DNA of 64,000 nucleotides from Patescibacteria group bacterium (GTDB taxonomy: Bacteria > Patescibacteriota > Patescibacteriia > JACRDY01): the NCBI GenBank assembly GCA_041653535.1, contig JBAZFH010000001.1, positions 86,175 to 150,174 of the forward strand, in the 5' to 3' direction. The notes beneath the pieces were generated by a model that did not search any database, was not told the origin of the DNA, and worked only from the letters and a program-made list of their open reading frames with translations. The position numbers and the translations under genes were made by a program. Shown piece by piece: positions 9,259-20,733 of this stretch (its first letter is position 1; every line of letters starts with the position of its first letter).

Positions 9259-9582
9259 GTGCTTATTAATGCCAAAAAAATAATTACGTTACCCGTTTAT
9301 ACTAAAAGCGGGCAGTTTTTGGGTGAGGTGACTGATATCGAGATTGACAGTGATGGACAAATGGTGATTAATTATTTTGTCGGTAGCGCCGGAGTAATAA
9401 AAAAATTATTTGTCGTCGATAGTTTAGTGGTTCATCGCAGTCAGATAGTGTCTATTAGTAATGAGAAAATAATTGTTGAAGATAATGTTGCTAAAAAAAT
9501 AGAAGAAACATTAATTGATAAACAGATTGGCATGGAGACAAGCGAAACCGTTGTTACGTCTAATTCTTTTACTCAAAAATAA
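9259..9582 (+). CDS. PRC-barrel domain protein
   Basis: LPVYTKSGQFLGEVTDIEID pattern. Confidence 0.75.
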   Translation: MLINAKKIITLPVYTKSGQFLGEVTDIEIDSDGQMVINYFVGSAGVIKKLFVVDSLVVHRSQIVSISNEKIIVEDNVAKKIEETLIDKQIGMETSETVVTSNSFTQK

Positions 9583-9585
9583 AAA

Positions 9586-10527
9586 ATGACTGATCAATTT
9601 TTAATCTCAGCGATTGTGAAAACTTTGGCTTTCTTCGATCTTTTTAGTTTTCCGTTGACCGCAGTGGAAATTTGGCGCTATTTATATAGCGATAGAAAAT
9701 ATTCTCTTGAAGAAGTAATTGCGGTTTTACCGCAAATAACCTTGGTTGGACAAAGCCAGGGTTATTATTTTTTATCATCACGTGATGATAAAATTGTTAC
9801 TTTACGTAAAGAACGCTACGGTATTGCTGAAAAAAAATATCGTAAGGTAAAGAAAGTTTGTCGCTTTTTGGCATTTTTGCCTTTTGTCAGAATGATTGCC
9901 GTATGTAATACTCTGGCTTACAGTAACGCGGCGGACGGTAGCGACATAGATTTATTTATTATCACTAGAAGTAAAAAAGCTTGGACTACACGGTTTTTTT
10001 GCCTGTTTTTTTTGAAATTTTTTGGTCTTCGTCCCAAAGAGAATGATGTAAAAGATAAATTTTGCCTTAGCTTTTTCGTTGATGAAGAAAGCATGAATTT
10101 GGAAAAAACAGCCTTGCCGCGTAACGATATTTATCTTTGTTATTGGATTGATCAACTTTTTCCGGTTTACGATGCTGACGGGTGTTATTATAAAAAGTTT
10201 CAAGAGAGAAATGTTTGGATTAAAAAGTATTTAGCCAATAGTATCGGTGTTGACCCGAATTTACGTCGAACAATAGTGTTAGGATCGGTCGGCGGGTTTA
10301 TGAAAAAATCTAAAGAATATTTTTGGCAATCAGACAAAATGGAGAGATGGGCACAAAAAATGCAGTGGTATCGTTTACCGCAGCTACTAAAAGAAAAATT
10401 TAAAAATAAATACGTGGGCGTGGCGATAGAAGAGGGTTTAATCAAATTAATCAGTAATGACCGGCGGGAAGGTTATCGCAATGAGTGGATAATCAAGGTT
10501 AATGAGTTGGTGACCAAACTAAAATAA
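9586..10527 (+). CDS. Nucleotidyltransferase-fold hypothetical protein
   Basis: NTLAYSNAADGSDIDLFII resembles the pol-beta-like hG[GS]x9-13Dh[DE]h motif. Confidence 0.65.
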   Translation: MTDQFLISAIVKTLAFFDLFSFPLTAVEIWRYLYSDRKYSLEEVIAVLPQITLVGQSQGYYFLSSRDDKIVTLRKERYGIAEKKYRKVKKVCRFLAFLPFVRMIAVCNTLAYSNAADGSDIDLFIITRSKKAWTTRFFCLFFLKFFGLRPKENDVKDKFCLSFFVDEESMNLEKTALPRNDIYLCYWIDQLFPVYDADGCYYKKFQERNVWIKKYLANSIGVDPNLRRTIVLGSVGGFMKKSKEYFWQSDKMERWAQKMQWYRLPQLLKEKFKNKYVGVAIEEGLIKLISNDRREGYRNEWIIKVNELVTKLK

Positions 10528-10532
10528 TTATT

Positions 10533-11813
10533 ATGTGGCAAAAAATAAGTTTAGCTAAAATTGTCGAGTACGGCGTCTATCTGTTGATTTTTTTGTTGCC
10601 CTGGCAAACGCGTTTGATTTATAAAGTGGCGAGTTTAAATGGAGGATACTGGGAATACGGATCAAACAGTTTTTATGCCAGCGAAGCGTTTTTAATCGTT
10701 TTGGTTATACTATTTTTGGTTTGGCGCAAAAAATCGGGCGGACAAAAAGTGCAACGTAAAGATGTGGTTTTGCCGTTAGTTTTTTTAGTTTGGTCGCTGG
10801 TTTCTGTCGTCTGGTCGTTAGACCGTAATTTGGCGATTTATTATTGGTCTTTTTTTGCCCAAGGCTTCCTGCTTTATTTTTTGATTAGTTATGGACCTGT
10901 TGACAGAACAAAGGCGGTGGTTAGTTTTGTTATGGCCGCCGGAGTTCAGGCAGCGCTTGCCTGGTATCAGTTTTTAACTCAATCGATTTTTGCTTCCAAG
11001 TGGTTGGGGATGGCTAGCCAGTCAGCCAATGATTTGGGCGTATTTGTGATTGAATCGGGCGGGCAGCGTTGGCTGCGCGCTTATGGCTCTTTACCGCACC
11101 CCAATATTTTAGCTGCTTTCTTGGTGGTGGCTTTGATATTTTTATTTTTTCTTAGCTTAAATGTTAATAGTTCACGTCAAAAGCTGTTTATCGTTTCCGG
11201 ATTATCCTTGATTTTACCCGCTTTAATTTTCACTTTTTCTCGAGCGGCATGGTTATCATTGATCGTTTGTTTTTTGTCTTTTATTACTCTTTTGATAATA
11301 AAAAGAATCAAAAATAAATTTACTGCCGAAATTTTAGTTTTAAGCGTGATTTTGGTTATTATTATCGGAGCGATATTTTGGTCGCCGATAAAACCTCGTT
11401 TGGTTGGGGGAGAAAGATTGGAGACGTTGTCTAACCAACAAAGGGTTGGTCTTTATAAGCAAAGTGACATTTTGCTGCAAAAATATGCTTATTACGGCGT
11501 TGGTCCGGGCAACCAGACTTTGGCGGTATATAAGGAAATTGACAATAAGCAACCATCTTGGTTCTATCAGCCGGTGCATAATATTTATGTTTTAGTCTTA
11601 ATTGAAATTGGAGTGGTCGGTGTTGCTATTTATACAGTATTAATTATTTCATTTTTATTTTTTAGTCAAGGCGACTTAAGCGGCAAATTAGCCTTTTTGT
11701 CGTTATTGATAGTCGGGCTTTTTGATCACTTTCTTTGGAGTCTATATTTTGGTATAATTCTTTGGTGGTTAGTCGCAAGTTTAAGTAAAAAAAATGATTA
11801 TGTTAGGAATTAA
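10533..11813 (+). CDS. O-antigen ligase/polymerase family membrane protein
   Basis: RAYGSLPHPNILA, TFSRAAW, GVGPGN, PVHNIY, LFDH; multi-TM. Confidence 0.88.
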   Translation: MWQKISLAKIVEYGVYLLIFLLPWQTRLIYKVASLNGGYWEYGSNSFYASEAFLIVLVILFLVWRKKSGGQKVQRKDVVLPLVFLVWSLVSVVWSLDRNLAIYYWSFFAQGFLLYFLISYGPVDRTKAVVSFVMAAGVQAALAWYQFLTQSIFASKWLGMASQSANDLGVFVIESGGQRWLRAYGSLPHPNILAAFLVVALIFLFFLSLNVNSSRQKLFIVSGLSLILPALIFTFSRAAWLSLIVCFLSFITLLIIKRIKNKFTAEILVLSVILVIIIGAIFWSPIKPRLVGGERLETLSNQQRVGLYKQSDILLQKYAYYGVGPGNQTLAVYKEIDNKQPSWFYQPVHNIYVLVLIEIGVVGVAIYTVLIISFLFFSQGDLSGKLAFLSLLIVGLFDHFLWSLYFGIILWWLVASLSKKNDYVRN

Positions 11814-12960
11814 AAAGGGACTACCGATGCTGTATTTTTTTGGTTTTGTTTTGTCGGTATCGCTGGCGTTGCCGGCATATATTGCTTCGACTTTTTTGGA
11901 GAAATTTTCCGGAATAGGCAATGTCGGTATTTTTTTTATTGGTTCGGCGCTGGTTGCCATGATTGCCGTTAATTTTTTCCCTTATTACATTAAAAGGTTT
12001 AGTAATTACAAAATAACTCTTTACGTTTTGATTTTATACTTTTTAAGTATTTTTTTATTAATTAATGCTCAGACAAAGATCAGTGCCTTTATTTATTTTT
12101 CTTTAATGACTGCTTTTACTAATTTACTTTTTATTAATATGGATGTATTTGTTGAACGTTTTACCAAGGTAGGGCTGACTGGACGGGTACGGACTGTATA
12201 TTTTACTTTTATCAACGCTGGATGGCTGATTTCACCTTTTATAGTTGGTCGTTTCGTTGGAATAGATAATTATGTTTATATTTATTCTATCTCTGCGGCG
12301 CTGGTCGTACCGGTTTTTGTGGTTTTGGCTTTAAAAAAGAAAACTTTTTTAGATCATACTGAGTATGAACACCATAATACTTTGGACACCATAAAGATGG
12401 TTTGGCAGAACAAAAATCTTCGCGGCGCTTTTAATATTTCTTTTTTGTTGCAATTATTTTATGGTGTTGCGGTTATTTATATTCCGATTTATTTGCATCA
12501 ATATATCGGTTTTAGTTGGGCGACCATCGGGATTATTTTTACCGCTATGTTATTACCGTTTGTTTTGATTGAGATACCGGCTGGTATTATTGCGGATAAA
12601 TATATTGGTGAAAAAGAAATAATGACTGGTGGTTTGCTTATTTTATCCGCAACCACATTTTCAATGTTTTTTATTCATTCAACAAATCCTTGGCTTTGGG
12701 CGGGGCTGCTTTTTACCAACCGTTGTGGAGCAGCACTTTTTGAAGCAATGCGCGAAACTTATTTTTTTAAAATGGTGAATATCAAAGACGTTGATTATGT
12801 GAATGTTTTTCGCAATACCAACAATCTAGGTTATTTAACGGCAGCTGTTTTAGGTGTTGTGGTTTTGCATTTTTTGTCTATTGGCTATATTTTTATTTTT
12901 ACCAGTTTGATACTTTTGAGCGGATTATATTTTATCTTTCACATGAAAGATACTAAATAG
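11794..12960 (+). CDS. MFS transporter
   Basis: About 12 TM helices, PAGIIADKYIGEK motif; start uncertain. Confidence 0.85.
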   Translation: MIMLGIKKGLPMLYFFGFVLSVSLALPAYIASTFLEKFSGIGNVGIFFIGSALVAMIAVNFFPYYIKRFSNYKITLYVLILYFLSIFLLINAQTKISAFIYFSLMTAFTNLLFINMDVFVERFTKVGLTGRVRTVYFTFINAGWLISPFIVGRFVGIDNYVYIYSISAALVVPVFVVLALKKKTFLDHTEYEHHNTLDTIKMVWQNKNLRGAFNISFLLQLFYGVAVIYIPIYLHQYIGFSWATIGIIFTAMLLPFVLIEIPAGIIADKYIGEKEIMTGGLLILSATTFSMFFIHSTNPWLWAGLLFTNRCGAALFEAMRETYFFKMVNIKDVDYVNVFRNTNNLGYLTAAVLGVVVLHFLSIGYIFIFTSLILLSGLYFIFHMKDTK

Positions 12961-13027
12961 TTTTTTCAATCCTCATTTGGTTGTGGATAGGGGATTTTTT
13001 TGTTGAAAAATAGCTATTTATTTTATC

Positions 13028-13056
13028 TTGACAAGGTCTTGCTGATGCCATAAAAT
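13028..13056 (+). promoter_or_regulatory. sigma70 promoter of groESL
   Basis: TTGACA-N17-TAAAAT. Confidence 0.8.
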
Positions 13057-13066
13057 ATGAACACGA

Positions 13067-13093
13067 TTAGCACTCTAGAAAATAGAGTGCTAA
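13067..13093 (+). promoter_or_regulatory. CIRCE element (HrcA operator)
   Basis: Exact TTAGCACTC-N9-GAGTGCTAA upstream of groES. Confidence 0.97.
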
Positions 13094-13121
13094 TACCTCT
13101 AAGTAATAAAATAAAATCAAT

Positions 13122-13409
13122 ATGAACATCAAACCGTTGCGTAATAATGTGATTGTCCGACCGGTTCGTAAAGAAGAGGCTACTAAATCAGGAATTGTTT
13201 TACCCGATACTTTGGATAAAGAAAAACCCGAGCAGGGTGAGGTTTTAGCTATCGGACCAGGTCGACTACTGGACAGCGGTTCTCGGGCACCAATGTCAGT
13301 TAAAATTGGTGATAAAGTAATGTTTAAAAAATATTCTCCTGATGAAATTAAAGTCGACGGCGAAGAACTATTAGTTATCGAAGAAGGCGATATCATCGCT
13401 ATTTTATAA
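13122..13409 (+). CDS. groES: Co-chaperonin GroES
   Basis: IKPLRNNVIV, TKSGIVLPD, EKPEQGEVLAIGPG. Confidence 0.98.
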   Translation: MNIKPLRNNVIVRPVRKEEATKSGIVLPDTLDKEKPEQGEVLAIGPGRLLDSGSRAPMSVKIGDKVMFKKYSPDEIKVDGEELLVIEEGDIIAIL

Positions 13410-13427
13410 TTATTTTAATAACTATAA

Positions 13428-15080
<1,653 letters not shown>

Positions 15081-15090
15081 AAAATAAATA

Positions 15091-15118
15091 AAAAACTCCG
15101 GTCTTTCCGGAGTTTTTT
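15091..15118 (+). terminator. Intrinsic terminator of groESL
   Basis: AAAAACTCCGG-TCTTT-CCGGAGTTTTTT. Confidence 0.85.
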
Positions 15119-15142
15119 AAAATATGTTATAATAGAAATGTT

Positions 15143-15676
15143 ATGGTAGAAGAAAAAAATCTATGGCAGGAGGACGAGACGTCAAAAGATCTAAAATTTT
15201 ATTTTAGTACCATTCGTCGTCCGTTTGTTATCTGCAGTGGGTTTATTTTATTTTTTTATCTTTTAAGCTTGGTTAGCTTTTTGCAGTGGACCAGAGAATC
15301 TTTAAGTTACTGTAGTTGGATCGTATCTCTGATTTTAATATTAGTAGTGGTTTTACGAGTAACTAAGACGCGGGTTAAAGATGGAATTCATGCCGTGACG
15401 GTTGGGTTTATGGCGGCGTTGCTTATTGGCTGGTGGCAAGTAGTACTAGAAACTATTTGGTTTTGGTCGTGGTGGAGATTAGTAGATATTTTTGTAGAGC
15501 CCTTGATAATAGCTTTGATCGGAGGGTTGATTGGCATTGTAATAGTAAAATTTTATCAATTAAAAAATAAGGTCATGGTTGCAACGGCAATGACTGAAAA
15601 AATGCCGGCGCCGCCTGCCGAAGAAATAAAACAATATGGAAAACAGTCAGAAGACTCAACAACCAAGCAAAATTAA
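15143..15676 (+). CDS. Hypothetical membrane protein (4 TM)
   Basis: Hydrophobic segments; TGTTATAAT just upstream. Confidence 0.7.
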   Translation: MVEEKNLWQEDETSKDLKFYFSTIRRPFVICSGFILFFYLLSLVSFLQWTRESLSYCSWIVSLILILVVVLRVTKTRVKDGIHAVTVGFMAALLIGWWQVVLETIWFWSWWRLVDIFVEPLIIALIGGLIGIVIVKFYQLKNKVMVATAMTEKMPAPPAEEIKQYGKQSEDSTTKQN

Positions 15677-15965
15677 TCTTAGCGACAACAAAACAATCGC
15701 CGCCTTGTCTTATATTTGGGTTTTATTTTTGATTCCGTTGTTAGCTAAAAGAGAAGACAAATTTTGTCAGTTTCATGCCAAACAAGGGTTAGCGTTGTTT
15801 TTAGTAGAAGTGGTTGGTGGATTTGTATTTTGGATACCACTGATCGGTTGGGCGTTATTTTTAGCAGTGTTGGTAGTTTCAGTCGTCGGAATTCTAAAAG
15901 CATTGGGCGGGCAATACTGGGAAATACCGGTGTTAGGCGAGTATGCTAAAAAAATAAATCTATAA
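15636..15965 (+). CDS. DUF4870-like membrane protein
   Basis: AALSYIWVLFLIPLL, FHAKQGLALF, WEIPVLG. Confidence 0.85.
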   Translation: MENSQKTQQPSKINLSDNKTIAALSYIWVLFLIPLLAKREDKFCQFHAKQGLALFLVEVVGGFVFWIPLIGWALFLAVLVVSVVGILKALGGQYWEIPVLGEYAKKINL

Positions 15966-15989
15966 GTTTATATTTAAGGAGGGAAGTTT

Positions 15990-17429
15990 ATGAAAAAAAG
16001 AACAAAAATTGTTTGTACTATTGGTCCGTCGTCGGAAGACAAAAAAGTATTAGAATCTATGGTTCATGCGGGAATGGATGTTGCCAGGCTCAATTTTTCT
16101 CATGGTAAATATCGCCATCATAAAATGTTGATTAAAAATATTCGAATCGCTGCAGCTCGGGCGGGACACGCTGTCGCTATATTGCAAGATTTGCAGGGAC
16201 CGCGGATTCGTACCGGTAATATTGTCAAAGAAGGAGTTGAACTTTCGGTGAATGATAAAGTGGCTCTGTATGTCGAAAAAGAAACAACTGCTCCGCCTAA
16301 AGTCAAAGCAGATAAATTTTTGCCTATTCAGTATCAAAGTTTGGCAAAAGAAATAAAAATCGGAGCAACGATTTTTATCAGCGATGGAATAATCGAACTG
16401 AAAGTTACCAAGGTTGATAAAAAACAAGAGTTAGTTTTTGCTCGGGTTATTCGTGGTGGTACTGTTTTGGCTTTGCGGGGAATGAATTTACCCGGGACCA
16501 AAATATCAGCACCGTCGATTACTGCTAAAGACAAGGAAGATTTGAAATTTGGTTTATGCCAAGGCATGGATTGGGTAGCGCTGTCTTTTGTTCGAGAGGC
16601 AAGCGACGTGTCAGCTCTCAAAAGACTGATCCAGAGCTATCATCCTAAAAGTTTGGTGAAAGTGATGGCAAAAATAGAAAGACAAGAAGCAATAAAAAAT
16701 TTTGATAAAATATTGGCGGTTGTCGATGGCATAATGGTGGCAAGAGGAGATCTGGGAATTGAACTAGCACCAGCGCAAGTGCCAATATTACAAAAAGAAT
16801 TAGTGGCTAAATGTTTAGCTGCGGCTAAGCCTGTGATAGTAGCAACGCAAATGTTAGAATCAATGATGGAAAAACCGCGTCCGACTCGCGCTGAAGTTTC
16901 TGACGTTGCCAATGCTGTTATTGATCATGCCGATGCCGTTATGCTTTCCGGCGAAACAGCGACCGGGAAATATCCTGTTGAAGTAGTGGAGATGATGGCA
17001 AGTATTATTTCCAAAACAGAAAAATCACCATATGACGATTTGGCAATTCAGTCGCCTTCTTTGGCTAAATCAACGTTGTTTGCCGTCGCTGAATCAATAA
17101 AAGTTTTAGCAAATAAATTAAAAGTTAAAGTATTAGTTGTTTCTGATAGTACCGGTGAAGCCGTGCGAGCAATTTCCAGTTTTCGGCCGGAGGTGGATAT
17201 AATAGTTTTAACCAGGAGTAAAACAACACAGCAACAACTAGGTTTGAATTGGGGAGTTAGGGCAGAACTTAAAGATTTGAAAGCTCGGGAAGACAAATTG
17301 TCTGAACAAATGACAGGCTGGATTTATGCTCATAAAAAGCGTCTTGGCGGAAGCAGGGCAATAATAGTTTCAGCAGTTCGTCGTCATGGGATTTGTGAAA
17401 TAAATTTTGTAAAAGTAGTTGAATTTTAG
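15990..17429 (+). CDS. pyk: Pyruvate kinase
   Basis: RTKIVCTIGPSS, ARLNFSHG, DLQGPRIR, AKIE, MVARGDLGIE, ATQMLESM, MLSGETA. Confidence 0.98.
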   Translation: MKKRTKIVCTIGPSSEDKKVLESMVHAGMDVARLNFSHGKYRHHKMLIKNIRIAAARAGHAVAILQDLQGPRIRTGNIVKEGVELSVNDKVALYVEKETTAPPKVKADKFLPIQYQSLAKEIKIGATIFISDGIIELKVTKVDKKQELVFARVIRGGTVLALRGMNLPGTKISAPSITAKDKEDLKFGLCQGMDWVALSFVREASDVSALKRLIQSYHPKSLVKVMAKIERQEAIKNFDKILAVVDGIMVARGDLGIELAPAQVPILQKELVAKCLAAAKPVIVATQMLESMMEKPRPTRAEVSDVANAVIDHADAVMLSGETATGKYPVEVVEMMASIISKTEKSPYDDLAIQSPSLAKSTLFAVAESIKVLANKLKVKVLVVSDSTGEAVRAISSFRPEVDIIVLTRSKTTQQQLGLNWGVRAELKDLKAREDKLSEQMTGWIYAHKKRLGGSRAIIVSAVRRHGICEINFVKVVEF

Positions 17430-17468
17430 TATAAATTAGCTAAATTTAAATAAAGAAGTAATGCGATA

Positions 17469-17497
17469 TTGACAATATTTCTTTTTTTTGTTATTAT
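17469..17497 (+). promoter_or_regulatory. sigma70 promoter with extended -10
   Basis: TTGACA-N17-TATTAT preceded by TG. Confidence 0.7.
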
Positions 17498-17541
17498 ATT
17501 ATCATTGTTGAAAACTTGAAATAAAGTCCTGGGAGGCTTAT

Positions 17542-17946
17542 ATGACTATGACGAAAACGGCGTTTTTGTTGGAACTCGTCGGTTACTTTATCGTCGAGTT
17601 CGTTGGTATCTTTATTTTCGTTCTGGTTTGTTCGCTGCTATCAATCGGTCTATTGATCGACGAAGCGGCGTACAATGCCGCCGGCGCGCCCATCTACGAT
17701 GTAGTTGTGGCACCGGTAGTGGCGTTATGGTGGTTATGGGGTGTTATTGCCTTTGCCGCGGCACTGTTCGTGGTTAAAAGACAAGAAAGAGACCGCCAAG
17801 GTTCATACTTACGGGTCATTAACGAGCTGTATAGACAGCTTCTTGACCCGAACTATACCGAGGAAGAAAAAAATGAGATTCGGTTTCGCCTTCACCTCAT
17901 TGAGCGAAACCAGCAGCAGCCGCTCATCGAGCGGCAAGAAAACTAA
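17542..17946 (+). CDS. Hypothetical membrane protein (GC-richer orphan)
   Basis: SD GGGAGG, two TM helices, own promoter and hairpin AGACCGTGA..TCACGGTCT downstream. Confidence 0.72.
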   Translation: MTMTKTAFLLELVGYFIVEFVGIFIFVLVCSLLSIGLLIDEAAYNAAGAPIYDVVVAPVVALWWLWGVIAFAAALFVVKRQERDRQGSYLRVINELYRQLLDPNYTEEEKNEIRFRLHLIERNQQQPLIERQEN

Positions 17947-18033
17947 GCAGCCATTTTTCGAGACCGTGAAACGCGCAGCGTTATCACGGTCTTTTTCTTT
18001 ATTCGTGTTTTTTAGTATAATGAGACTAAATAT

Positions 18034-18642
18034 ATGTTAAATGTAAAAACCAAGTTTTCTATTTTTATCGTGATTTTATTAATTTTTGTGTTTTTTTTGT
18101 GGTTTTTTATTTCCGCTTCAGATAAGGCGAGCCAAGGCAGCGACATCGCTGCGGGAACCATGAATCGCCCGGCCAGAGGCGGTGCTGACGCAAAAGTGGT
18201 ACTAGAAGTTTATTTTGATTTTCTTTGTCCAGTTTGTCGTGAAACAGATGCGACATTAACTAAAATATATCAAAAGTACGGCGATGAAATAAGAATTGAG
18301 CCACACTATGTGCCAACTAAAAAAAGTTCCATATTAATTAATGCTTCAGCTGAGTGCGCACAGCGACAGGGTAAGTATTGGGAATATCATGATTTACTTT
18401 TTGCCAATCAGGAAAAACTGACAAACGTCAGTGTTTTGCAAGATTACGCGGCGCAGGTAAAAATAGATATTAATGAATTTAATAATTGTATAAACTCCAA
18501 CCAAACCGTTCCGGCAATCGAGTATGACATGAATCGGGCAACAGAGCTAAAATTGCAAGACGTTCCTCATATTTTTGCTAATGGAGAAGAGATATCTTGG
18601 CAAAGACCGGAAAACGACATTATTCGTTTTTTAGCGGAATAA
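18034..18642 (+). CDS. DsbA/thioredoxin-fold membrane-anchored oxidoreductase
   Basis: YFDFLCPVC, AECAQRQGKYWEYHDLLF, cis-Pro loop DVPH. Confidence 0.9.
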   Translation: MLNVKTKFSIFIVILLIFVFFLWFFISASDKASQGSDIAAGTMNRPARGGADAKVVLEVYFDFLCPVCRETDATLTKIYQKYGDEIRIEPHYVPTKKSSILINASAECAQRQGKYWEYHDLLFANQEKLTNVSVLQDYAAQVKIDINEFNNCINSNQTVPAIEYDMNRATELKLQDVPHIFANGEEISWQRPENDIIRFLAE

Positions 18643-18643
18643 T

Positions 18644-19447
18644 ATGTTTAGCACCGCACCAAATAGTATTTTATTACAGCTAGGATCACTGGCGATTCAT
18701 TGGTATGGATTGCTGGTGGTTGTCGGTTTTGTTGTTGGTTTTTTAATTATGCTTTTTTTGTTTAAAAAGAATAATTTATCATCCGATGACGCTTATGATT
18801 TATTTTTTTATGTTATTGTTTTTGGGATAATCGGAGCGCGTCTTTATTATGTTTTTTATGCTTGGCAGTATTATTCGCAAAATTTGTTAGATGTTTTTAA
18901 AATTTGGCATGGCGGACTAGCTATTCACGGTGCTATTATCGCCGCTATAATTACTATTTATTTTTATTCAAAGCGCAAAAAATGGTCACCTTGGATGATA
19001 GCAGATGTTATCGCTACTTGTGTCCCATTGTCTTTGGCTATAGGAAGATGGGGAAATTATTTTAATCAAGAGCTTTTTGGCAAGCCCACGACCTTGCCCT
19101 GGAGCATCCCTATAGAACCGGCTAATCGTCCAGAACAATATAGTAATTTTACCAAATTTCATCCGACGTTTTTATATGAATCTATTTTGGATTTAATCTT
19201 ATTTACGGTTTTGTTTATTTGGCAAAAACGCAGGAGACGAGAGGCGGGGAGTGAAGGACAGGACGGTATTATTACTTTGTTTTTTTTGATTGGTTATTCG
19301 GTAATTAGATTTTTTATGGAGTTTTTGCGTACCGATTATTCGCCGTTGATTTTTGGTTTTCGCTTTGCGCAAGTTTTATCGGGCGTTGTATTTTTTGTAA
19401 CACTTAGTATTGTTTTATTTTTCAAATTTCGTCGAAAATGGTTTTAA
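18644..19447 (+). CDS. lgt: Prolipoprotein diacylglyceryl transferase
   Basis: IHWYG, IGARLYYV, GGLAIHG, IGRWGNYFNQELFG, HPTFLYE, RFFMEFLR. Confidence 0.97.
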   Translation: MFSTAPNSILLQLGSLAIHWYGLLVVVGFVVGFLIMLFLFKKNNLSSDDAYDLFFYVIVFGIIGARLYYVFYAWQYYSQNLLDVFKIWHGGLAIHGAIIAAIITIYFYSKRKKWSPWMIADVIATCVPLSLAIGRWGNYFNQELFGKPTTLPWSIPIEPANRPEQYSNFTKFHPTFLYESILDLILFTVLFIWQKRRRREAGSEGQDGIITLFFLIGYSVIRFFMEFLRTDYSPLIFGFRFAQVLSGVVFFVTLSIVLFFKFRRKWF

Positions 19448-19497
19448 AATTATTTTTTTCAACAAAAAAACACGAATGTCTTTAATTCGTGTTATTT

Positions 19498-19573
19498 TGG
19501 CGGGCTCGAAGGGAATCGAACCCTCGGTCTCCTCCGTGACAGGGAGGCATGTTAACCGCTACACCACGAGCCC
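19498..19573 (-). tRNA. tRNA-Asp(GTC)
   Basis: Reverse complement GGGCTCGTGGTGTAGCGGTTAACATGCCTCCCTGTCACGGAGGAGACCGAGGGTTCGATTCCCTTCGAGCCCGCCA. Confidence 0.96.
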
Positions 19574-19605
19574 ATTAATATTCAAAACCTATAAAACTAC
19601 GGCTT

Positions 19606-19673
19606 ATTATATTACATCGGTTAAATTGTGTCAATATTTTTGGTTTGACAATGGTTGTCTTTTAGCCTATCCT
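19606..19673. promoter_or_regulatory. Back-to-back sigma70 promoters (tRNA-Asp and ORF 19709)
   Basis: Minus: TTGACA(19634-19629)-N17-TATAAT. Plus: TTGACA(19645-19650)-N17-TATCCT. Confidence 0.75.
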
Positions 19674-19708
19674 TAAGATAATAAAATATTAAAATTATTT
19701 CTAAATTT

Positions 19709-20674
19709 ATGCGAAAAGAAGCTTTAAATAATGTGGCTGATCCTAAAAAAGAGCCAACTGAGGAGGGGGCGGGTAGAGATTTATTACATCCGGAGCAAGC
19801 AATAAAAGAAAGGAAGGATTTGGAACAGTTGCGGGAAGCTAATCGCGCCTTAGATCAAAAAAGGATTATTGATGTCAGACAAGAGATTGAAGATCAGTAT
19901 GACTATAGCGTTGAACCGCCGAGAAAAATATACCCTGTGAATACTAAAAAAGAGCCGATATCTTTTTGGGGCAAAGCAAGACAAATGATCAATGGTGCAA
20001 CAAAAAAAATTAAATCTTGGTTCAGTGCTTCTGGAGAGCAGCCGGAGCAAAAAGCGGTTAATAATATATTAAGTAAAAAAGTAGTAGCTGAGCCGGCCGA
20101 TGATTTTACTGAGAAAGAATCGAGGAGAATAAAAATCGCTGCAGTCAAAGAGAAAAGGATTTCCGGTGAAACAAAAAATATCATCAAGGCTTTTGAAAGT
20201 GAAAATTGGCAGCGAGTAATCGATTTACTGCCCAGTTCTCAGGAGGCTTTGCGTCGTTTTGGTGATAAATTAGACGTACGTTCAAAGCTCTATTATGATT
20301 TGAAAAGTAACGGAATCAATCCGACCGACGAAGTAGAGATTGCTAAATATCTTTATCGACAAGCATGGGAAAATTTAGATCAAGAAAATAATAAAAAAAA
20401 GCAGTATTTAGAAAAAGAATGGATTCAATTTGCTGATGCTATAAAAGGAGAAAGATATAAAGCCGCTTTAGAAATGTTGCCTTATTTGCAGGAAATAATT
20501 GAGCAAAAAGTTAAAGACAAGGATCGTAATATGATAAAGATGCTAGAGACTCAAAAGATCAAAGCGGACGATTATACTACTGTTGGTTTACGGTTACGCA
20601 GAGAACTAGAGCAGAGGATGAAACATGCTAGGAAAAAATCGGAAAAAAAAGATGATATAAAAATAGCCGCCTAA
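19709..20674 (+). CDS. Hypothetical charged, helical soluble protein
   Basis: 321-aa K/E-rich ORF with own promoter and terminator; no family recognised. Confidence 0.75.
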   Translation: MRKEALNNVADPKKEPTEEGAGRDLLHPEQAIKERKDLEQLREANRALDQKRIIDVRQEIEDQYDYSVEPPRKIYPVNTKKEPISFWGKARQMINGATKKIKSWFSASGEQPEQKAVNNILSKKVVAEPADDFTEKESRRIKIAAVKEKRISGETKNIIKAFESENWQRVIDLLPSSQEALRRFGDKLDVRSKLYYDLKSNGINPTDEVEIAKYLYRQAWENLDQENNKKKQYLEKEWIQFADAIKGERYKAALEMLPYLQEIIEQKVKDKDRNMIKMLETQKIKADDYTTVGLRLRRELEQRMKHARKKSEKKDDIKIAA

Positions 20675-20687
20675 ATAAAGGTATAAT

Positions 20688-20722
20688 ATAAAACAACCCT
20701 GCAATTACGGGGTTGTTTTATA
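20688..20722. terminator. Bidirectional terminator
   Basis: ATAAAACAACCC-TGCAATTACG-GGGTTGTTTTAT between convergent genes. Confidence 0.8.
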
Positions 20723-20733
20723 TTTCTAGGCAT

